A stretch of 64,000 nucleotides of DNA, taken from NCBI GenBank assembly GCA_951406725.2, contig OX597832.1, positions 4,774,001 through 4,838,000 on the forward strand, given 5' to 3'. Numbering within the stretch: position 1 is the first letter of the stretch; each line of letters starts with the position of its first letter. The stretch is from Octopus vulgaris (lineage: Eukaryota). The position numbers were made by a program, and so were the translations under genes. A model generated the notes under the pieces. That model saw nothing but the letters and a program-made list of their open reading frames with translations, made no database searches and was not told where the DNA came from. This document shows positions 50,441-63,853 of this stretch, piece by piece.

Positions 50441-50819
50441 TTGTTATAATAAAAAGACTTCAGATCAAATTTCTTCACAACTGATTTTACACTAATAGTG
50501 TGTACCCAACCAAGGTTTTAGAAATATCGTAAAGAATTCTGAAATGACTAATTTGGAAGTGCAAGCTAATGAATACCTGAGTATGTGTTTATGTGTAACT
50601 ACTTGATTATGTGAGTGTAAGTAGTGTATATACAGATGCATGTGTATGAAAGGCTGAGGAATAATAGAGAGACTTGCGAGAAATATATAATAGTCATTAG
50701 CAACATATGGCATCATGATAACACTATACCATTGATGAAATATCTAATTAAAAGTACATAACTATGTTTTAAAGAAGTGAATAGGCACAACAAAAGAGGT
50801 ATTGTGTACTTTTATATAA

Positions 50820-51239
50820 ATATATATACATATATACACACATATATATACATCCATACATATATATATATATACATACATATATACATACATACACACA
50901 TATATATACATACATACACACATATATATACATACATACATATATATATATACATACATACATATATATACATACATACATACATATATATACATACATA
51001 CATATATATATACATACATATATATATACATACATATATATATACATACATATATATATACATACATATATATATACATACATACATATACATACATACA
51101 TATACATACATACATATATATATACATACATACATATACATACATACATATATATATACATACATACATATACATACATACATATATATATACATACATA
51201 TATATATACATACATATATATATACATACATACATATAC

Positions 51240-51272
<33 letters not shown>

Positions 51273-51471
51273 CATACATATATATATACATACATACATA
51301 TACATACATATATATATACATACATATATATATACATACATATATATATACATACATATATATATACATACATATATATATACATACATATATATATACA
51401 TACATATATATATACATACATATATATATACATACATATATATATACATACATATATATATACATATATAT

Positions 51472-51514
<43 letters not shown>

Positions 51515-51560
51515 TACATATATACATACGTATACATATATAAATAAAGATAAATACATA
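50820..51560. repeat. (TACA)n/(TA)n compound microsatellite
   Basis: Direct observation. Confidence 0.97.
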
Positions 51561-51562
51561 CA

Positions 51563-52965
51563 TATCTTTTATCTTTTACTGGCTTCAGCCGAGGGCTGAG
51601 GTCATGCTGGTGCACCACCTGTAGTTACTCGGTGTTGTTTCCGATATGGTTTTTGATGAAATAGTGAATTGGATGCAACTGCTCTTCTTAGCGTTTCGTG
51701 ACACAATGTGGGTTCAACTGGTATCTCAGACACTTGTCCAGACGTTCCTTGAAGACTTCCACATGAATACCATGTAGATCTCTAAGGTTGCCTGGAAGGA
51801 TGTTGAACAATTGCGGGTCTTTGAAACCCAGACTATTGCGGTACTGTGTCTTCATTTTAGATGGGGAAAACAGGATCTTTGGTATGATGCAGTGCTGTCC
51901 AGTTCAATGAATGGTATAGCTGCCAATTCCAAAATTAGGAGCTTAACCCTCCAAGATCTTCCAGATATATATCACTGTATATCTCTCTCGTCTTCTCTCC
52001 AGGGAATAGAGACTCAGCTCCTTTAACCCCTCCCAGTAGCCCATCTTTTGCATTTAGTCAATCTTCTTTGTATATTGGTGCTGGATTGCTTCGAGTTCAA
52101 CAGTTTATTTCACACACTCTGGGAACCATTGTTGGGAGCAGGGGTCCGAGCGGCTGGGAACGAAAGTCTTCCATAGGGGTAGCAGGACTTCCCTTTCCCT
52201 GGTTCTGAATACCCTCAGAATCCAGCCAGCCACTCGCCTGCACAGTCTCGCAACTTGGTAATATGCACATGTAATGTAGTATCATTGCTCATGTGAACAC
52301 CCAGGTCACAGACTGACTCTGACTCTGGGATCATATTACCTTCTGATCCAGTGTATTCCAATTCTAGCCACGTGTTGGACTGATAGTGGAGTGCCTGAAA
52401 TTTCATAGCATTGAACTGCATGTTATTTTTGTTAACCACTTTGTAGATTTTTGTTCATGCCTTTCTGCAGTCTTATGATGTCCTCGGGGCTCCTAACTGC
52501 CTGCGATACTTTGTGTTGTCAGAATAACTGGTCAGATTGGCTGACAGTACCATGGAGGGCATGTCTGAGAGTGCCACGACATGAAAATTGGTGTCCCTTC
52601 AGAGTGAGGACCATTGGCCACAACTGTCTGACTCCTGCTCTTCAGAAAATCATGCAGCCACTCTCCTAGTTTCCTGGTAATACCAAGGTTTCACAACTTA
52701 TGACATAACATGCTATGACTGACATTCTTGAAAGCCTTGCCAAAGTCAAGGTATATCACGTCTACAGCTGACTGATTTAGCTGTGGCTTCAGTACCCAGA
52801 CAAAGTGCTGCAGCAACTGTGTAAGGCAGCTCCTCCCTCAACCAAAGACATGTTGTGTGTTTGTCGGAAGGATCTTTCACTCCGGGAACATGATCAGCCT
52901 TTTTCTGACTGTGTTCCACTGTCTTAATAATATGTGAAGTCAGAGAGATGGGCCTGTAGATTTCC
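51563..52965 (-). mobile_element. 5'-truncated, decayed CR1-like LINE with an intact 3' tail
   Basis: YRPISLTSHIIK, VIYLDF.KAF, NNMQFNAMKFQ, VCDLGVHMS; tail GGTGGTGCACCAGCATGACCTCAGCCCTCGGCTGAAGCCAGTAAAAGATAAAAGA. Confidence 0.9.
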
Positions 52966-53133
52966 TGGACCATGGTTTCTGACTTTAAATTAGCAAATAA
53001 AATAATTTGCTAGGTGAAGTCTTCAACAACAAGTACGCCTAGATTAAACATGTTTAATACCTGTTGATGAAGAATTCGCCTAGAAAATTATTTTCTCTGC
53101 GAATTTAAAGTCAGAAACCAGGGTCCAGGAAAT
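52960..53133. repeat. Imperfect foldback (76-bp arms) of two outward-reading hammerhead-like units
   Basis: 52960-53035 approximates the reverse complement of 53058-53133; TTAAACATGTTTAA palindrome in the spacer. Confidence 0.9.
53060..53129 (+). ncRNA. Hammerhead ribozyme variant (U at position 3), predicted cleavage after GUC (C53125)
   Basis: CCUG uUGAUGA a GA AUUCGC..AGAAAAU-U-AUUUUCU..GCGAAU..GUC a GAA ACC-AG-GGU C CAGG. Confidence 0.65.
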
Positions 53134-53444
53134 AGATGGTAAACGATTTTATTTTTCATTCCCTTCAAAATTTATCCCTAATAGTGGTTTGAATTTTGGC
53201 TATTCCTTCTAGCGCGCCAGGTATCCGCTGATTGATACCTCTTATGTGTTTAAATGTACACTGTATTTATATGAATAATATATAGTCTATTGACTAATTT
53301 TTCAACAAGCTAGGCCACTGGTTGTAAAAGTTTCTAAAATTTAACTTACCCTGATATTATTAATTATATACATATATGTATATACAAATATATATATATT
53401 CATACATATCTATAAATATAGGTGTGTGTGTATATATATATATA

Positions 53445-53838
53445 CTCTTTTACTTGTTTCAGTCATTTGACTGTGGCCATGCTGGAGCATCGCCTTTAGT
53501 CGAGCAAATCAACCCCGGAACTTATTCTTTGTAAGCCCAGTACTTATTCTATCGGTCTCTTTTGCCGAACCGCTAAGTGACAGAGATGTAAACACACAAG
53601 CATCGGTTGTCAGGCAATACTAGGGGGACAAACACACAAACACACACACACATACATATATATATACATATATACGACAGGCTTCTTTCAGTTTCCGTCT
53701 ACCAAATCCACTCACAAGGCATTGGTCGGCCCGGGGCTATAGCAGAAGACACTTGCCCATGATGCCACGCAATGGGACTGAACCCAGAACCATGTGGTTG
53801 GTTAGCAAGCTACTGACCACATAGCCACTCCTGTGCCT
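53445..53838 (-). mobile_element. SINE family B, full length, young
   Basis: CpG-retaining reverse complement of 20387-20836. Confidence 0.92.
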
Positions 53839-53876
53839 ATATATATATATATATATACATATATACATGCATATAT

Positions 53877-55305
53877 ATAAATGTATAAGATGTACCCAGT
53901 GTAAGCTATGGACACATAAGAGGTGCAGCAATATCAAAGGAAGGCTAACTGGGAAGATAGTTTTTGTATGTGGCAGATGCTCTGGAGTAATAAACACTGA
54001 AAATGTGCAGAGAACAACTTCTGCCACAATCCAGGAAGAAAAACTACAAGTATTTGATAGCTTCCGTTACCTAGGTGACCAAGCAAGTAGCGGAGGAGGC
54101 TGTGCTGAAAGTGTAACTGCTAGAATAAGAATAGCCTGGACAAAGTTCAGAGAGCTCTTACCTCTGCTGGTGACAAAGGGTCCCTCGCTCAGAGTAAGAG
54201 GTAGACTGTATGACGCATGTGTACAAACACCCATGCTACATGGCAATGAAACATGGGTGGTGACTGATGAGCACATGCGTAAGCTCACAAGGAATAATGC
54301 TAGTATGATCCAATGGATGTGTAATGTCAGTGTGCATACTCAACATACCTTGAGAGAAAAGTTGGACCTAAGAAGCATCAGATGTGGCATGCAAGAGAGA
54401 CGACTGTGCTGTTATAGTCATGTGGTGAGAATGGATGAGGATAGCTGTGTGAAAAAGTGCCACACCCTAGCAGTTGAGGGAACCTGTCGAAGAGGTAGAC
54501 CCAGGAAAACCTGGGAGGAGGTGGTGAAGCACAACCTTCGAACATTAGTCCTCACTGAAGCAATGACTAGTGACCGAGACCTTTGGAAATATGCTCTGCT
54601 GGAGAACACCCAGCAAGCCAAATGAGACCATAAACCATGACCTATGCCAGGGGTCTAACCAGCCATCTTATGCATACATTTCCTTCATTGGACACTAAAC
54701 TCTGCTTCGAAGACCTGTTGAGGCAAGTGAAATTGAAATCGAAATCAAATTCACTGGCTATCATCCATACCGGTGGAGCACTAAGAGCATCATCGGAGCA
54801 TGATCATTGCTAGAGCAGCTGACTGGCTTCCATGCTGGTGGCATGTAAAAAGCACCATTCGAGTGTGATCATTACCAGCATCGTCTTACTGTCACGTGTC
54901 GGTGGCACATGAAAAAACATTCAAGCGAGGTAATTGCCAGTGCCGCTGGACTGGCTCCTATGCAGGTGGCATGTAAATAACACCATTTGATCGTAGCCGT
55001 TGCCAGTACCGCCATACTGGCTGATGCTAGGGTCGCCTGACTGGCGTCTGTGTCGGTGACACGTAAAAAGCACCAACTGATCATGGCTGTTTGCCAGCCT
55101 CCTCTGGCCCCCGTGCCAGTGGCACATTAAGAGCACTCACGGAGTGGTTGGCATTAGGAAGGGCATCCAGCTGTAGAAACTCTGCCAGATCAAATTGGAG
55201 CCTGGTGCAGCCATCTGGTTCGCCAGTCCCCAATCATCCAAACCGCCAGTCATCCAAACCATGCTAGCATGGAAAGTGGATATTAAATGATGATGATGAA
55301 GATGA
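53877..55305 (+). mobile_element. 5'-truncated RTE-clade LINE: open C-terminal frame to 54625, then 3' UTR with a tandem array and (GAT)n tail
   Basis: CTQCKLWTHKRC..CGRC, FRYLGD, ARIRIAWTKFREL, RLYDACV..MLHGNETW, RRGRPRKTW. Confidence 0.95.
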
Positions 55306-55730
55306 TATACATATACCTATATACATACAAATATATATATACTTATATACATAGAAATATATATATATATATCTATATACATACAAATATATATATATAT
55401 ACATACAAATATATATATATATACATACAAATATATATATATATACACATATATACAGACAAATATATATATATACCTATATACATACAAATATATATAT
55501 ATATACCTATATAAATACAAATATATATATATATACCAATATAAATACAAATATATATATATATACCCATATAAATACAAATATATATATATATACCCAT
55601 ATAAATACAAATATATATATATATACATACAAATATATATATATATACCCATATAAATACAAATATATATATATATACATACAAATATATGCATACAAAT
55701 ATATATATACATACATATATATATATATAT
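55305..55730. repeat. AT-rich minisatellite (TACAAATATATATATATAC-type units)
   Basis: Direct observation. Confidence 0.92.
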
Positions 55731-55794
55731 ACATCATCATCATCGATATGCATGCATGGACGCATGCACACGCCGTGTGTGCGCGCACACACAC

Positions 55795-55835
<41 letters not shown>

Positions 55836-56199
55836 CACAGGGTCCTGCCACAGTAGAAAGAGTATTTCCAATGCTGCACTTAACCTGAGCTATCCACACA
55901 GTCAGATTCCAGACTAATATCAAAATTCTTCAGCCATTGAAAATTCAGGTTTCAGAATTCTAAAATCGTTGTGTGTGTTTAACAAAAGAAAAATATGATC
56001 CAAATATGAAGACAAAGAAAGACTTCAACATATTTTTGATGATCAGTTACAATTATTAAGTAAATTTTTACTTGAAACTTTAGCATGAACTGGAGTTGAA
56101 AACAGAGTTAGTACAGAAACAAATGTAACTGATTGCTAAAAATCTACCTTTGTCTCCATATTTGGATTAAATATTTATGTATGTATATATACACGTATG

Positions 56200-56244
56200 C
56201 ATCTGCATGTGTATGTATATATATTTATATACATATACACATAC

Positions 56245-56279
<35 letters not shown>

Positions 56280-56761
56280 CATATATATATATATAAATAC
56301 ATATATATACATATATATATACTTATATATACATATATATATACATCATCATCATCATCATCATCATTTAACGTCCGCTTTCCATGCTAGCATGGGTTGG
56401 ACGGTTCAACTGGGGTCTGGGGAGCCCGAAGGCTGCACCAGGCCAGTCAGATCCTATATATATATATATATATAAATACATATATATATACTTATATATA
56501 CATATATATATATACTTATATATATATACACATACATACATATTCATATATATATATACTTACATACATATTCATATATATATATATACTTACATATATA
56601 TATACATACATACATATTCATATATATATACTTACATATATATATACATACATACATATTCATATATATATACTTACATATATATATACATACATACATA
56701 TACATATATACATACATACATACATACATACATATACATATATATATACATATATACAGAC

Positions 56762-56800
<39 letters not shown>

Positions 56801-56937
56801 CATATATATATACATACATACATATACATACATATATACATACATACATATACATACATATATATATACATACATACATATACATACATATATATATACA
56901 TACATACATATACATACATATATATATACATACATAC

Positions 56938-56981
<44 letters not shown>

Positions 56982-57093
56982 GTATATACATACATATATG
57001 TATATACATACATATATGTATATACATACATATATGTATATACATACATATATATATACATACATATATATACACACATATATATACACATAC

Positions 57094-57152
<59 letters not shown>

Positions 57153-57230
57153 CATACATATACATATATATATACACACACACATATACATACATACAGA
57201 AATATATACAAACACACACACACACATATC
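56200..57230. repeat. (TA/TACA)n microsatellite containing a short RTE-tail fragment (56345-56453, - strand)
   Basis: Direct observation; (CAT)n-TTAACGTCCGCTTTCCATGCTAGCATGGG. Confidence 0.92.
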
Positions 57231-57264
57231 TGAATATCTATCTATCTCTGTATATATATATACT

Positions 57265-57685
57265 TTTATTTTTTTACTTGATATCTCTGTCACTGAACTC
57301 CAGCCATCCTGGGGCACTGCCTTGAAGGGCTTAGTCAAACAAATCAATCCCATTACTTAATGTTTAAGTCTAGTATTTTCCCTACCATTTTCTTTTGCCC
57401 AGCTGCAATTTTGTTAACACAAACAATCCAACATCAGCTGTGAAGGAGAAGATAAAACACAAACACATACGCACACGTGTATGTGTGTGCATATATATAT
57501 ATATATACACACTCACACGTGCACACACACATACATGACAGGCTTTCGCAAATTTACTCACAAGACATTGGTTGTCCCAGGTCTATCATAGAAGACACTT
57601 GTCGAAGGTGCTGCAAATTGGGACTGAACCTGAAACCTCATGGTTGCAAAGTGTGTTCCTTAACCATACAGCCATACCTGTGCAT
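57265..57685 (-). mobile_element. SINE family B (older copy)
   Basis: Head and tail motifs. Confidence 0.8.
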
Positions 57686-57832
57686 ATATTTACACAATAT
57701 ACATACATATATACACTGTTGCTGATGTTGAAATTCCAATGAAGGAGCCTTGGATCTAGGTTAGAAACTGGTTCTTTCTCTATTGGCAAGAAGTCTTGAA
57801 ATAAACTGAATGAATGAATGTATGAATGAATG

Positions 57833-57878
<46 letters not shown>

Positions 57879-57899
57879 TACATACATACATACATACAT

Positions 57900-59400
57900 A
57901 CAATTTGCTAAGTCTAGTGGAAGGACAGAACCTTGTAAGCCTTCCACAACAGGTGACATTGATGGGTGTTAATATTCTGGTTAAATTGTTGCAGAATAAT
58001 GCCTACAAGAAGAATGTGAACAATGACGATATTCCAGAGAAAGAAGGAATGAGAATAATACATAATGTGGGACTGAGGATTAGTTGGACACAGCAAGGAG
58101 ACAAGAGGTGGAGAGAGACATATGGGTCAGGGGTACCTCATTGGTTGAATTATGAGACGAGACCATTATAACAGCAATAGAAAAAACAAGAGAGAGGAGA
58201 CAGTATGTTGGCAGTGAGCTGGCAGAAACGTTAGCACGCCAAGCGAAATGCTTAGCAGTATTTCGTCTGCCGTTACGTTGTGAGTTCAAATTCCACCGAG
58301 GTCGACTTTGCCTTTCATCCTTTCGGGGTCGATAAATTAAGTACCAGTTATGCACTGGGGTCGATGTAATTGACTTAATACCTATGTCTGTCCTTGTTTG
58401 TCCCCTCTGTGTTTAGCCCCTTGTGGGTAATAAAGAAATAAGTATGTCTGTAGGTCAGGGGCTGGAATGTGTCCATCAATGATAGTGTGCAAATCAAGCA
58501 GGTGGCCTTTCTCTGGGTGTGGTCCAGGATGAAAGGGTGCATCGTGGCAGCCTTGTTATAATGTCCCAGATACGGATGCAGTATTCAATTTCAGGCTTCA
58601 TCTGAATTTTGTAGTCACTGAAGTCTGAAAAGAGAAGAGCTACTCATTGTGATGCACTTCTAGCTTTGCTAAGGATGTGTGTTTATAAGGAGACCTCCTA
58701 GATGACAGCAAGGTCCAGCATTTGGAGGGACTTTGAGTGCTCTAGCTAAGTGCTATTTATGATTTGAGGGTGTATGGTGCTGTTTGTTAATATGAGTAAT
58801 GTTTGAGTGATTTTGCCATTAAAAGAGACAAGATTAGAAAACACACTCATTTATTGAAATCAATGCAGGTTTGGTATATAGTGTCAAAGTTGTGTGTAGA
58901 TGATGTATGATTGGGGAATGTTAGGGAGGAATAAAGTGTGCCATCTGAATAACAAGGGGCATTTTCAAATACAGTAGCAAGTAGGTCATTGTTGAGTAAA
59001 AAGAAGAGAGTGGAGGGTGAGCAGAACAGAACCCTGGGGGATACCAGAGTTGACTGTGAAAAGAGTAGACAGTGCTGCAATAGTATGATCTGCTAAGAAG
59101 TTACTAATGAAAGAGATGAAAGATGGGTGGAGCCCATAAGCAGAAAGTTTTAAGAGATTTATATGCTTAGATGTGGTTGAATGTTTTACTGATTTCAGCA
59201 ACAACATTGCTGTCACCAATTTCTCTGAAGTGACAGGTGAATGACGTGAAGGAGGTCTCCAGTAGATCTGGCTCAGTGGAAGTCGGACTTGTGGTCACCA
59301 AGGAGATAGAGGAACATTCAAGGTAGTGGAGAATATCACTATTAATGGTTATCTCCATTACTTTGGAGATGCTTGAAGTAAAAGCATGACGAAGCTCCTC
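57900..59400 (-). mobile_element. Decayed Jockey/L2-like LINE (RT to 3' end), interrupted by SINE A
   Basis: KLSAYGLHP..FISNFL, NSGIPQGSVL, TLFFLLNNDLL, YSDGTLYSS, QPLTYRHTVSSL, HSFFLWN..LQQFNQNIN. Confidence 0.85.
58209..58440 (+). mobile_element. SINE family A, full length, young, with a 7-bp TSD
   Basis: Box A/B motifs; AGTATGT at 58202-58208 and 58441-58447. Confidence 0.93.
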
Positions 59401-59579
59401 TTTATCATATGCATTCTCCTCATCCAACAGCCTTTCATAATAGCATTTCCATGTGTCTTCTTTGTCATCAGCAGCAACAGCAGAGCTATATTTATCATTT
59501 CAAATACATGTACATATACATTTATGCATGGTTGTGTGTGTGTCTGCGTGCCTGTGTGTATGTGTTTGTGTGTATATAT

Positions 59580-59915
59580 TCTTTTATTCCCTGACTTGTT
59601 TCAGTCATCTGACTGCGACCATGCTGAAGCACCATCTTTAGTCAAAATCAAACCCAAGACTTATTCTATTGGTCTCTTTTGCCAAACTGCTTAGTTACAG
59701 GAACGTAAACATACCAACATCGGTTGTCAAGTGATGGTGGGGGACAAACACAGACACACAAACATATATATATATATGACGGGATTCTTTCAGTTTCCAT
59801 CTACCAAATCCTCTCACAAGGCTTTGGTCACTTGCCCAAGGTGCCACACAGTGAGACTGAACCCGCCACCATGTGGTTGGGAAGCAAGTTTCTTACCACA
59901 CACCATGCCTGCGCC
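59580..59915 (-). mobile_element. SINE family B
   Basis: Homology to 20387-20836. Confidence 0.88.
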
Positions 59916-60066
59916 TATATATATATCATCATCATGTGCAACAGAATATTGGTATATTGAAAGAGATGTTGGGCATAAGAGGAATTTCGTGTGTGTGTGT
60001 GTGTGTGTGTATGTATACACACACATATATAGACAGACAGACAGACAGACAGACAGATAGATAGAC

Positions 60067-60465
60067 ACAGGCATAGCTATGTAGTTAAGTTCACTACCCA
60101 ATCACATGGTTTCAGTTTCAGTCCTACTGTATGGTACCTTGAACAAGTATCTTCTACGACACCCTCAGTTTGACTAAAGCGTAGTGAGTGGATTTAGCAG
60201 ACAGAAACTGAATGACTCTGTGTGTGCTGTGTGTGTGTGTGTGTGTGTAAGTTCTATACGTTTGTCCCTCGCATCATAGTCGTAAATGAGCGTCACAGTC
60301 ATACAAGCAGGGTCCTACATTTCCAGTCTGCCATGAAAACATGTCCGGCTGTGGTAAAATTCGAAACAACTGAAGGGTTGAGGATAGAAAGGGCATCCAA
60401 CCATAACAAAAATTTCCTTTGAACAAAGCAAGCATATAAACGCAGCTGTGATGATGATGATGATG
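60067..60465 (+). mobile_element. SINE B-like head followed by an RTE-tail-type segment ending in (GAT)n
   Basis: GGTACCTTGAACAAGTATCTTC; AAGGGCATCCAACC..(GAT)n. Confidence 0.65.
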
Positions 60466-60503
60466 ACATATGTAGGGAGAGAGCGATACACAGACAGATG
60501 AAC

Positions 60504-60540
<37 letters not shown>

Positions 60541-61495
60541 CATACATACACACACATTATATGTTTATATATAATACATATACATACAAGTAACGTACGC
60601 ACGTACATACATATGGGGGTGGGGTTATATACTTAAATGCTTGTTTGGCACACGAGAGTATCTCAATCAAATTATAACACAATGTTGAATTTTCAAGCTT
60701 ACATTTATAATTCCACTTGTTTCTTTTCCGTATCACGAATTCGGTTGTGAGAAACACTTAAGGGAGTTCCAAATTTCCAATAATATTTAGGGAAAATTTG
60801 GATGAGAAATTATTTGGCGAAAGATTTAAGCGTTGGTATTATTGCCAACTGAACTATATGTTTACTTAACGTGTGTGTAAACATATCTTAATTCATGTAT
60901 GAATGGGCAGTTGAGGTGATATAGATGTTTGTAAATAAATACATGTAAAAATATGTAGGTATACGTGAGTGTGTATATTTTACATGAGATATTGTTAAAT
61001 GAATTGGCATTTGTTTGCGTAAGGATGATTAGATTCATATTGGCTGTTTCTGAGCCTGAGTCAACATTAAATCGGTTTTCAACATGGCCTAGTGTATATC
61101 ACTGAGGAAATGAACAGCTGGGCATTTCAACCTATAATTCTATAAAGACCACGAAGTAAAAATTTGGATCTGATAGCTACAGGTATGTCATAGCAGCTGA
61201 AGGATTGCCAACATACATAATGAAGACGATCAGAGTTTGTTGACGGAAGTTGAAACACAAACGAGTAACATATTTTCAAGTATGCAGCAACAATCACAGA
61301 GATATACATACAAACATATATATCTGCAGATAAGCATATAAGGATATAATAATCAGTGGCATTGAAAGGAAACAGTCAACTATGGGGGTTAACATGTTTA
61401 AAGTCGTGTGTTTAAATTTAAATGCTATGAAAGAGTGCTAAAAGGAAAGAGAGAGAATCATTCCGGGTGTCAATACAGTGTAGGCACGCCGCAGG

Positions 61496-61532
<37 letters not shown>

Positions 61533-61590
61533 AATAATAGAGATGCATACAAACACAAAATAGTCATAAATAACAGTGAATGTACGTGTG

Positions 61591-61635
<45 letters not shown>

Positions 61636-62689
61636 GAAAGAATAGAGTTTTTAAAACAAGATACCTACACATATCTGGACACCATGCGTACATATACATA
61701 TAGACCGAATACATGTATACGAATGTGTGTGTACGTATGTATATACATATATATATATATATATATATACACACACTTTCCTGTAAACATCATCTAATGC
61801 ATACGTACATATAAACAATGTGCGTGTTTGTTGGTACGCATGAACATGCTTACACATAAACATCTTATATACGTACATAGAAGCTTCGTATATACATACA
61901 TCATAAAAACATCATACACACACACAAATGTATGTATGTATCTGTGTGTGTATGTAATAAGTATGTACGTAGATACATTGATACATAGAGATGTGAACAT
62001 CCAGTATGTGTCAATGTATCTTACGTACATTTGTACATATCCATATAAACACCTTACAAACATACATCCTGCGTACATGTATGTAGATACAAACACGTAC
62101 ATAACAAGACACGTACACATATGCATGATTACGAAGGCAAACACACACATACAGACATTGCGATATAGTCTGCAATGAGGTGTGAAATATGTTTATAAGT
62201 TATGTGTATAACGATGTTGCAAATGTCAGGGAGGGCGTGAAATTAAAGTGTCATTTGTTATTTAATTGATATATCGTGTAAAATGTTTTGAATAGAATGG
62301 AGCCGATAATAAATGGCCACGAGGTGAAATTTCTTTACATCTTTAAGTATATATATGTATATATATACTTCATAAATACACTAATAGTGAACAACTACAT
62401 GACCAACATATCTACTGATATGCATTGACAATTATCCTGCACATGTGTGTACAAACAGGTGCCTGGTTGCAGCTGAAGAACAGTAAAGTGCAGATGTCTT
62501 TTATAGAGCTGTCAACAGACAATAATCAAAGAGTAAAGTTACAATTAAATGACACTTACACAATAGTGTGGATTTTCCTCAAAAATGGTACATAGTCCTC
62601 CAATTTCTAAATCAAACGGTTCGACGGTTGAGTTATAATCAGACGTTGTATGTCCGTCCATTGAAAATTTGTGAATGACGACTGTTCAC

Positions 62690-63330
62690 TGTTCTTAATA
62701 TCTCACCCTCTCGCTCTCCCGTTCCTCACAACATTCTCTGTCTGTCTGTCCGGCTCTTCTCTCTCTCTCTCGCTCTCTTTTCCTCTCACTCTTTCTTTCT
62801 CTCTCTATTTTTCATACTTTTTATTCGTCTCTCTCTCTCACACTCTTTTTCTCATCCACTATCTATATCTCTTTTTAAATCTGTCTATTTCATTATTGCT
62901 CTATCTTCATAAGTATTTATTATTTAATCTAATTTGCTTTGTCTTTCACTTTCCTCACTCCGTAATTCTTTTCCAATGAAGCTAACTCCTGCATTTATTT
63001 ATCCTTCCTCGTTCTGCTTTTCTCTCATTCCATGTTACATAGAACCCTTTCACTATTATGTAAGGCTTTACCTTTCTTTTTTTATTCTTTTTACTTTCTA
63101 CAGTGTGTTGTATCTGCCACTTTTTCATCTCATCTCTCTTTCATTCTATAGCATCTCCCTCAACACGTACAGCTTTATGGACTTAATCCTTTACGTTTCA
63201 CCTATCTTCCTCTCTTCCACTCTATACCAACAGGATTTATCTCTCACTCTCTTTCTCTTTCTCTCTCTCTCTCTCTCTCCCTCTCTCTGTCTTTCTCTCG
63301 CACTCCCTGATCCAAATTTCTCCTCCTAAT
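62690..63330 (+). repeat. Pyrimidine-rich (CT)n-derived low-complexity tract
   Basis: Direct observation. Confidence 0.85.
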
Positions 63331-63769
63331 ATCAAACTAATATAGATTAACTATCAACTTTACGAGGACTACGCCATTCAACATTCCATCACTTGTAATT
63401 TGAACCTGCGGAGTCTTTTAGTCTTTTTATTGAGAGATTTCCATATGAATTGAAACCAAATCTCGAGCACTTCGAATGTCACCTGGTATAGACGTCTAAG
63501 TTTTTTTTTTCCTTCTTTTTCTTAAAGGTTTTCCTTTCATAAATATTGTCAGGGTTGAACATATTTATCGGGAGAATTCACCTCTCTTTCTCTCTCACTC
63601 TCTTTTACACATACGCGCGCACGCACACACACAACTGGCAAACCTCATGTTTTCTCACTTCGTATATTTCTTTCATATATTTTGAAAAAATTAAATAATT
63701 CCTCTTGAACAAAACCTATAAAACTTTGTACGGTATAAATACAGGAAACAGTTAAATAAATCAATTAAT

Positions 63770-63851
<82 letters not shown>

Positions 63852-63853
<2 letters not shown>

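Noticed and set aside
50498-50580. Plus-strand exon-like segment (CVPNQGFRNIVKNSEMTNLEVQANEYL) and a similar one at ~42231
   Set aside because: No recognisable homology, opposite strand to the other candidates, and expected by chance
54770-55135. CRISPR-like regular repeats
   Set aside because: The units are degenerate tandem copies without unique spacers, there are no cas genes, and they lie in a eukaryotic LINE 3' UTR
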